From a virus (Duplodnaviria; Caudoviricetes): a stretch of DNA of 64,000 nucleotides. Under the pieces are notes generated by a model. That model was not told where the DNA came from. It saw nothing but the letters and a program-made list of their open reading frames with translations, and ran no database searches. The position numbers and the translations under genes were made by a program. The stretch lies in IMG/VR virus record IMGVR_UViG_2824139951_000003, positions 1,313-65,312 of that record. One strand, 5' to 3'. Of this stretch, positions 58,019-64,000 are shown one piece after another; the stretch's first letter is position 1; every line of letters begins with the position of its first letter.

Positions 58019-58150
58019 AACCCCGGCACGGCCCGGCGTGGAAAGGCCCGGCGGCGCCAGGCTAGGAGAGGCGAGGCGAGGTGCTACGGCAGTGCGTAGC
58101 GGGTCGGAGATTGGCAACAGTCTCCTTCCCGGTGCACACGGCGAGGGGTT
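58019..58150 (+). ncRNA. Candidate guide-like RNA (GGY/NN tract plus two hairpins, closed by AACCCC/GGGGTT)
   Basis: Intergenic; hairpins gctacg/cgtagc (58083-58100) and ggagattg-gcaa-cagtctcc (58106-58125); adjacent to RAMP-like gene. Confidence 0.7.
58025..58084 (+). repeat. 5-nt-periodic GGN-NN repeat tract (12 units)
   Basis: GGCAC GGCCC GGCGT GGAAA GGCCC GGCGG CGCCA GGCTA GGAGA GGCGA GGCGA GGTGC. Confidence 0.9.
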
Positions 58151-58168
58151 TAAGAATGAGGAACGGAA

Positions 58169-58783
58169 ATGACGACGACAACGAAATCGGACACGCGGCT
58201 GGAGAAGGTATCCAGAACGGTAGTGCTCAAGGGCGTGCGGGACATCATGTTCGACCGCTACGCGGGCGACAACAAGACGAAGCTGGAATGGCACCAGAAG
58301 ATCTATCAGGTGCCGGGCACGGACATTTTATGTCTGCCGGCCATCAATATTGTGTCGTTTCTCACCGCGCACAACACGAACAGCGCGCCGAAACGACTCC
58401 GGGACAAGCGGGCATACAAGGACATCGCTAACGCGTGCCTGAGCTTCACGAGCATCGTGGGCCACTCGATGAACCCGAACTATGTACCGATTCTCCGCGA
58501 TGGTTGCCCGGTGCGCGTCGGGAAGTTCGGGGACGATCGCGACGCGCTGAGCGGCATCTACCTGCATCGCTCCGTTGCGCGCCTCGACAAAGGCATTCCA
58601 AACCCGAAAGAGCGGCCTGTACTGCCCCTTCCGTGGTCGATCGAATTCACGCTTGATATTTTCCCGAACAAGGAAATCAAAGAGCAGGAGATTCGGAACC
58701 TCGTGGAGGAAGGCGGTTTGGCAATTGGCCTAGGCACGTTCCGCGGCGTGTTCGGCAAATTCATCATCGAATCGTGGGAGTGA
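58169..58783 (+). CDS. Orphan RAMP/Cas7-like RNA-binding protein (Vipr-like)
   Basis: VVLKGVRDIMF first strand, LCLPAINI, ERP.LP.PWSIEFTL, C-terminal G-rich loop GGLAIGLGTFRGVFGKF; GAGG RBS. Confidence 0.75.
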   Translation: MTTTTKSDTRLEKVSRTVVLKGVRDIMFDRYAGDNKTKLEWHQKIYQVPGTDILCLPAINIVSFLTAHNTNSAPKRLRDKRAYKDIANACLSFTSIVGHSMNPNYVPILRDGCPVRVGKFGDDRDALSGIYLHRSVARLDKGIPNPKERPVLPLPWSIEFTLDIFPNKEIKEQEIRNLVEEGGLAIGLGTFRGVFGKFIIESWE

Positions 58784-58785
58784 AA

Positions 58786-60510
58786 ATGGACAACCAACTG
58801 AAGCCGTGCCCGTTCTGCGGGAGCCGGAATATCAGCGAAGGCGAAGTGCTTTCGACTAACCCGAACGGCGCCGCATCCACGCAGTCGATGTGCCGCGAGT
58901 GCGGCGCGCTTGGGCCCGAAGCACATCTGCGCGACGGCGAAGTAGATTTCGGCGACGAGAAAGCAACGACTGCGTGGAACACGCGCGCCGCTCTCCCTTC
59001 CGATTCGGCGGGAGCGCCGCTGACCGATGTGCAGCGTGCAGCTATTCAGGCAGCGGTGGATACGGCGAGTCGAGTGCTGCGCGCAGGCGGCGACGGCGGC
59101 GATGAACTGAGCGATGCGGGCCTTCGCCGAGAATTGAAAGAATCGCGCGACATGCTGCGCGATATGCTCGCCGATCCCGTCGCCCCTGCTGCGCCGTTCG
59201 ACATGCTGGCGCATCTGGCGCGTCAGCGTGAATTCTCGGAGCGCACGTTCGGCCCCGGCGCGCGCACGAAAGGCGTCTGCGATCACATTCGCAAGGAACT
59301 GGTCGAGATCGAAAGCAATCCGGCCGATCTCACCGAATGGATCGACGTGGTGATTCTCGCGCTCGACGGCGCATGGCGCGCGGGCGGCTCGCCACAGCAG
59401 ATCATTGACGCTATCGTTGCGAAGCAGACGAAGAACGAAGGACGCACGTGGCCTGACTGGCGCACCGTCGATCCCAACAAGGCTATCGAGCATGACCGAT
59501 CGCACGATACCTGCGCTCAGTGCGAAGGGAAAGGCACAGTTTTGTTCCGCGAACCCGAAGACGCGTGGGACATGGCGTGCGGTATGTGCGACGGAACCGG
59601 CCGCGCCGCTCGTACGCCCACCGTCGCCGCAGATGCGGCAGCGCCGATAAGCCAGGGGTCTACGGTTGATGTGGATGCCGAGACCGTGAAGATGGTCGAC
59701 GAGGAATTTTGGAACCTGATCGACACGAAGGTAGCGCAGCCCGACGATAACGATGTCGCATGCTCGTCGTGTGGCTTGACGATGGCTGAATCGCGCACCT
59801 TGTTCGCATTGAAGGCGCAGCCCGACGACCGCGCGGCGTTGCCAGCAGGATGGAAGCTCGTGCGTGTCAATCAGCACTTCGATGCGCTGATCGAAGCATT
59901 GGAGCACGCCGAAAGCAAAGGTTATCTGCCGGATGCCTTGAAGGAAGAATGGGCCAGTTTCGCGTGCGATGAGAACGTAGCGCAGCCCGACGAGCGCGCG
60001 GCAGCACCGCAAGCAGCGCTGACGGATGAGCAGCTTGCAGGCCTCGCGTATCGCAACTGCTCGAAATATGGCGACAACCCGAAGCGCGAATACCGCAGTT
60101 ACACGTTCGGAGTTCGTGCGCTGCGCAACTTCGCAGATTCACTTCTCGCCACGCCGCCAACCGAGCGCATGAGCGACGCAATGCGCGATGTGATCGCCGA
60201 GAGAGGCCGACAGGTGAGCGGGGAAGGATTCACGCCGACGCGTGATGACAGCTACGCAGACGGCCAGCTTGCGCAAGCTGGGGCTGCATATGCCATCGCA
60301 GTTGCCGACCACACGAACCACATTATCAACAGTGGCGCGGCTTTCTATACGCGTTCGCCCGACATTTGGCCGTGGTCCGAGAAGTGGTGGAAGCCAACTA
60401 ATCCGCGACGCGCACTCGTGAAGGCAGCAGCCCTGATCCTCGCTGAGATCGAGCGTATCGACCGCGCCGCCCGCAAAGCCGAGATCGAGCGCAGCGGAGA
60501 AAAATCATGA
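58786..60510 (+). CDS. Mosaic protein: Lar-like Zn finger, DUF550-like (MazG-type) dNTP pyrophosphohydrolase, Zn fingers, conserved C-terminal phage domain
   Basis: LKPCPFCG; FSERTFGPG...DHIRKEL.EIE...EW.DV.ILALDG; DVIAER.RQ...WPW...WWKP...LVKAAALILAEIERIDR. Confidence 0.82.
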   Translation: MDNQLKPCPFCGSRNISEGEVLSTNPNGAASTQSMCRECGALGPEAHLRDGEVDFGDEKATTAWNTRAALPSDSAGAPLTDVQRAAIQAAVDTASRVLRAGGDGGDELSDAGLRRELKESRDMLRDMLADPVAPAAPFDMLAHLARQREFSERTFGPGARTKGVCDHIRKELVEIESNPADLTEWIDVVILALDGAWRAGGSPQQIIDAIVAKQTKNEGRTWPDWRTVDPNKAIEHDRSHDTCAQCEGKGTVLFREPEDAWDMACGMCDGTGRAARTPTVAADAAAPISQGSTVDVDAETVKMVDEEFWNLIDTKVAQPDDNDVACSSCGLTMAESRTLFALKAQPDDRAALPAGWKLVRVNQHFDALIEALEHAESKGYLPDALKEEWASFACDENVAQPDERAAAPQAALTDEQLAGLAYRNCSKYGDNPKREYRSYTFGVRALRNFADSLLATPPTERMSDAMRDVIAERGRQVSGEGFTPTRDDSYADGQLAQAGAAYAIAVADHTNHIINSGAAFYTRSPDIWPWSEKWWKPTNPRRALVKAAALILAEIERIDRAARKAEIERSGEKS

Positions 60511-60806
60511 GCACGCGCCGAGAATATCCGCGCGTTGGAAGTGATCATTCTATCAAGCGCGGTCAGTGTTCGTGCTGCAACCGATTTGCAACGAGAAAGG
60601 TCGACATACAAGTTAGCTGGTTTCGGGGCGATGACGAAGTGCTGCAACTTTGCGAGCTGCACTACGCATTCGTCGGAAAGCAGGCATGGAAGGAATTATT
60701 CGATGCAGCTACTGCCGAAAAGGATCGCCGCAGGAAGAATAACGAGATAGCGCGTGAGCGTTCGGCACAACGCAAGGCGCTTAAGGCGCAAGGAGCACAG
60801 TCATGA
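60507..60806 (+). CDS. Zn-finger hypothetical protein
   Basis: CSCC...WFRGDDEV..LC..H. Confidence 0.7.
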   Translation: MSTRREYPRVGSDHSIKRGQCSCCNRFATRKVDIQVSWFRGDDEVLQLCELHYAFVGKQAWKELFDAATAEKDRRRKNNEIARERSAQRKALKAQGAQS

Positions 60807-61096
60807 GCACGCGCGAACAGTTCGAGGCGTGGTTTGCCGAATATCACGATGATGCCTGCACGAATTTCGGCGGCATCGACTGCACGAACCCGAAGGGTAT
60901 TGCGGAAGATGCATGGCAAGCCTCGCGCGCCGCAGCGATGGAGGAGGGGGCGACCACTGCGCTTTCGAAACTCAAGGCTCTCACAACCGAGATGGAGGGA
61001 TATGCCTACTTCGGCAGCAATCCCGGCGTAAAAGAGGATGACTACGAGGACGTAGCCGACGCCATCCGCGCTCTCGCCAAGGCAGAAGGAGATTGA
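60803..61096 (+). CDS. Hypothetical protein
   Basis: REQFEAW...AWQASRAAA.EE...ADAIRAL. Confidence 0.7.
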   Translation: MSTREQFEAWFAEYHDDACTNFGGIDCTNPKGIAEDAWQASRAAAMEEGATTALSKLKALTTEMEGYAYFGSNPGVKEDDYEDVADAIRALAKAEGD

Positions 61097-61097
61097 A

Positions 61098-61514
61098 ATG
61101 GCCGAAGACGCATTGAAGCGCTATGTGCTAACCGTACCGGAATTCCCCGATGAGCCATACATGGCAGAACATCCGGCTGGAGCGTGGGTAGAGCATCGGG
61201 ACTACCGAGCCATGGTTGAAAAATTCGAAGTGGCTGATCAAGAGCTGCGAAGCTATTTGGCGGAGGTTTCGGATCAACTGATCTATGCCCGTCGCGATCT
61301 GGCGGCGCTCCGCGAAGACATCGAATCGCAAATCAGGATCGCAAGTGAAGAGGCTGCGCGGGCGGATTCATTCGGGAGGGACACGGCGCGGTATCGGTGG
61401 ATTCGAAACGGGCATATCTGCATAGGCCGTCAATCGACTTTGCTGATGACGGGCGGCGCGCTCGATGATGCGATCGATGCGGCTATTTCGAAGGAGAAGG
61501 AGCAAACATCATGA
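61098..61514 (+). CDS. Hypothetical protein
   Basis: D.ARYRW.R...LD.AIDAA. Confidence 0.7.
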   Translation: MAEDALKRYVLTVPEFPDEPYMAEHPAGAWVEHRDYRAMVEKFEVADQELRSYLAEVSDQLIYARRDLAALREDIESQIRIASEEAARADSFGRDTARYRWIRNGHICIGRQSTLLMTGGALDDAIDAAISKEKEQTS

Positions 61515-61981
61515 AAATGGCCCGCGCAAGCGACGCGGATATCGATGCCGTGCTTGAAATCTCGCAGATCCTCAGTGACCTTGACCGAGGCTACATGCCC
61601 GCGTCAGACGAGGACGAGCGTATCGAGTGGTTCGATGAAGACGACGCCGAGCAGTGTCAAGTGGTTCTGAAGAAGATCCTCAAAGTGTGCCAAAAGGGGA
61701 ATGTCTTCCGCGTCGCGTTCGGCATGGCCGTCGTGCTAGATCCGCGAAACGAATTGCTCGACCCGGATGCCGATACGATTGAAGTGCATCCGAAGATCGT
61801 GGCAGCGATGAAGAGTGACGAGCGCTATCAATGGCTTCGCCGCCGTGCCGTGATGATCGACGGCTCCAGCGATACCGCAATGACGCTCACGCTGTTCTAC
61901 GACGAGGGGCCAACCGGCGAATTTCTGGACGATCAGATTGATGATTTCCTCAAGGCCCAAGGCAAGGAGGCCCAATGCTAG
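61511..61981 (+). CDS. Hypothetical protein
   Basis: MKMARAS.AD...; ERYQWLR. Confidence 0.7.
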   Translation: MKMARASDADIDAVLEISQILSDLDRGYMPASDEDERIEWFDEDDAEQCQVVLKKILKVCQKGNVFRVAFGMAVVLDPRNELLDPDADTIEVHPKIVAAMKSDERYQWLRRRAVMIDGSSDTAMTLTLFYDEGPTGEFLDDQIDDFLKAQGKEAQC

Positions 61982-62126
61982 GCGATATGTGCAGCCACGG
62001 TATTACGTGGTCTTGTCAGTGTAAGGAATGCGATCTCGTCTCTGCGAGGGAATTCGTGAAGCGATGGGGACCACAGGTCGATGAGTATCGCAAGCTGATT
62101 GAACAGGAAGAGAAACGGGAGGAAGC

Positions 62127-62459
62127 GTGAGCGACGTCTACCTAGACGAAGACGGATATCCGACCGACGTTGCGCTCAAGCGCGTCGAAGAATGGCCGCA
62201 TGTCGACATCTCCGGGATGCTGGATTTCATCTTGGGCATATGGTGGTGTCCGCATCTTCTGTGGGATATCGAAGGCGTGAAGCTGCATGCATCAACCGGG
62301 GGATGGTCGGGAAACGAAAGTCTGATCCGAGCGATGCAAAACAACCGACCGTTCTGGGCAACATGCTGGGAGCAGTCGAGGCGCGGCGGTCACTTCATTT
62401 TTGATCTGACTAGGGCCGATCAGCGATTGGTCGAGATTGCGAGGGCTCAGGCGCAGTAA
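62127..62459 (+). CDS. Hypothetical protein
   Basis: D.DGYPT...STGGWSGNE..I.A...W...W..S.RGGH. Confidence 0.75.
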   Translation: MSDVYLDEDGYPTDVALKRVEEWPHVDISGMLDFILGIWWCPHLLWDIEGVKLHASTGGWSGNESLIRAMQNNRPFWATCWEQSRRGGHFIFDLTRADQRLVEIARAQAQ

Positions 62460-62550
62460 TGGAAGCCGCAGCACTGAAAATCATCGAAACGACTGCGAGA
62501 AATTGGGGGATGGTATGGACCTATCCAAAGGAAAGCGGGTGAGCGCTAGC

Positions 62551-62790
62551 ATGAAGCCAATTTATCTTGATCTGACCGGCGTGTCCGAGGCCGTGTCTCT
62601 GTCGGAATCAAGCGTCAAGAAGCTGGTCCGTCAAAACCTGTTCCCGCAGCCCCGGCTTCTGTCCGGTCGCCGCGTTGCGTGGCTTGTGCGGGAAGTCGAA
62701 AGCTGGGCAGAAGCTAGGCCGGTTTCGGATCTGCTCCCGCCTGGGATTGGCGGAGCGCAATCCCTTCAAGATGAGCAGAAAGCCGCGTGA
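62551..62790 (+). CDS. AlpA-family excisionase/regulator
   Basis: VSLSESSV.KLV....FPQPR.LS.RRVAW...EVE.W. Confidence 0.85.
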   Translation: MKPIYLDLTGVSEAVSLSESSVKKLVRQNLFPQPRLLSGRRVAWLVREVESWAEARPVSDLLPPGIGGAQSLQDEQKAA

Positions 62791-64000
62791 GCCATTCCCG
62801 CTTCTCCTTATCGTAGGAGTGCCTGTTGTATATCCCCTCGACGCCCGGCAGGATGTGCCCGAGAATCGCTTCGGCGGCTTCGCGTGGGCATCCTATCGCG
62901 GCGAGCATGGTCCGCGACGTGCGGCGCAAGTCATGCGGCGCCCAATGCGACACAGGCAGGACCGGCCGCAATGTCTGACCCGGCTCGAGCGAGTAGGGCT
63001 GATGCGCCCACACTACCGCCTGGACGCTCTTCTGAGGAATGTACGGGCTGTCGGCAGTGGGGAATAGATATCCCTTCCCATATAGCTTGAGTCGGCGCTG
63101 GACGATTTCATGCGCTCGGCCGGCGAGCGGCACCCGATGATCGGTAGCGTTCGCCCGGTTCTTGTTCTTGGTCTTCGCCTTCGGGATCGTCCACCACAGG
63201 CCGTCCGATTCCTTCGAGACTTCCTTGCCCTCGATCAGCACGATCTCGCCGCCGCGCAGACCGGTCCAAAGGTACATGGTCAGCACGTCAGATATCGTTT
63301 CGGAGAGGTTGGGAAGCCAGGGGATCAGTATCGAAAGCTCGTCTTCGCTGAGGACGCGCTTGATGTTCTGGACGGTACCGCCACGCTTGCGGCCAACGCT
63401 GCGGAGCTTCCCGCGCATGACTTGCCGCCACCAGTTGGGCGCGTCTTCGGGGATGCGACCGGCGTCCAGAGCATAGTCCCATGCGGCCCCGAGTTCGGAT
63501 CGGAAGACGGCGGCATTGCGTGGCGCTTGTCGCTGCCCTTCGAGTAGTTCGAACGCTTGGCGACGTGTAATCGAGGAGGCTGGCAGATCGGCGACGGGCG
63601 CAATTTTGGCCATCATGCGCTGACGCGTTTTCTGCGCCCCATACGAATCGCGGTGACGCTCAATGTGCCCGGTGAGGAAATCTTCACATAATTGCTTCAC
63701 CGTGTATGATTCCGGCGTCATTGCGACGATGGGCTTCGCAGCCTTGCGAGTCAGAACCGGATCTTCGCCAGAATCGCGCCGGGCCCGCACTTCCTCCCAT
63801 GCGGCAATCGCAGCGGCGTAGGACATAGCTGGCCACTCGCCAAGCTTCTGCTGGCGCATACGGCCATCGACCGGAGATTTGAATCGATAGATCCAGCTAC
63901 GCTTCGAGACGGTCGCCTCGAGACGCAAGCCAGGAAAGGCTTCGAAGGTAAGATGGGTGTCGGGCTGGAGTTGCTTTGCGGCCCTAGCATCGAATCTCAT
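62714..64000 (-). CDS. int: Tyrosine integrase with N-terminal arm-binding domain
   Basis: GLRL......SWIYRF; TGLR..E; K; HDLRRT; LGH...GV..IY. Confidence 0.95.
   Translation of the reverse strand: MRFDARAAKQLQPDTHLTFEAFPGLRLEATVSKRSWIYRFKSPVDGRMRQQKLGEWPAMSYAAAIAAWEEVRARRDSGEDPVLTRKAAKPIVAMTPESYTVKQLCEDFLTGHIERHRDSYGAQKTRQRMMAKIAPVADLPASSITRRQAFELLEGQRQAPRNAAVFRSELGAAWDYALDAGRIPEDAPNWWRQVMRGKLRSVGRKRGGTVQNIKRVLSEDELSILIPWLPNLSETISDVLTMYLWTGLRGGEIVLIEGKEVSKESDGLWWTIPKAKTKNKNRANATDHRVPLAGRAHEIVQRRLKLYGKGYLFPTADSPYIPQKSVQAVVWAHQPYSLEPGQTLRPVLPVSHWAPHDLRRTSRTMLAAIGCPREAAEAILGHILPGVEGIYNRHSYDKEKREWLTRLSAHLEGIALRQSQAGADPKPA

Larger units (their letters stand above)
1..64000. mobile_element. Temperate phage/prophage, lambdoid gene order with contractile tail; att sites not visible (window ends at integrase start codon)
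   Basis: Continuous run of integrase, excisionase, recombination, cI/cro, replication, Q, terminase, portal, capsid, sheath, baseplate, fibre and lysozyme genes; no host housekeeping genes. Confidence 0.97.

Noticed and set aside
58025-58084. CRISPR array or simple microsatellite
   Set aside because: No 25-45-nt repeats with spacers; only the GG(N) part is constant while NN varies, unlike slippage-derived repeats
58081-58431. 116-aa ORF over the hairpins and RAMP-like gene (and minus ORF 58007-58294)
   Set aside because: No RBS, no recognisable motifs; shadow of the 58169-58783 gene and the structured element

Overview
The whole window is one temperate, lambda-organised prophage/phage with a contractile-tail (myovirus-type) module; gene content suggests a Burkholderiaceae-like betaproteobacterial host (inference). 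The minus strand (46138 down to 77) carries cro, cII-like, replication (O-like initiator with iterons, DnaB), nin-region genes (methyltransferase, RNA ligase, NinG), Q-like antiterminator, terminase, head, tail, baseplate, fibre and a split lysis/tailspike region. The plus strand (46213-62790) carries the cI repressor and the early-left operon (ERF, YqaJ exonuclease, SSB, many small genes, AlpA-like excisionase). A convergent tyrosine integrase starts at the last base. The standout is at 58019-58783: a non-coding tract with strict 5-nt periodicity (12 units, GG(C/T/A)+NN), two hairpins and a closing stem, directly upstream of an orphan 204-aa protein with RAMP/Cas7-like features and no CRISPR array or other cas genes. 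This is a candidate minimal phage RNA-guided system. Other points: two ORF-poor regions (about 1.3-1.4 kb) of stacked long hairpins, two leaders whose loops are complementary to repeats at the RBS, a nested-gene moron, shared linker repeats in modular early genes, and a -1 frameshift site in the tail chaperone. All family assignments come from motif recognition by eye; no database searches were run.
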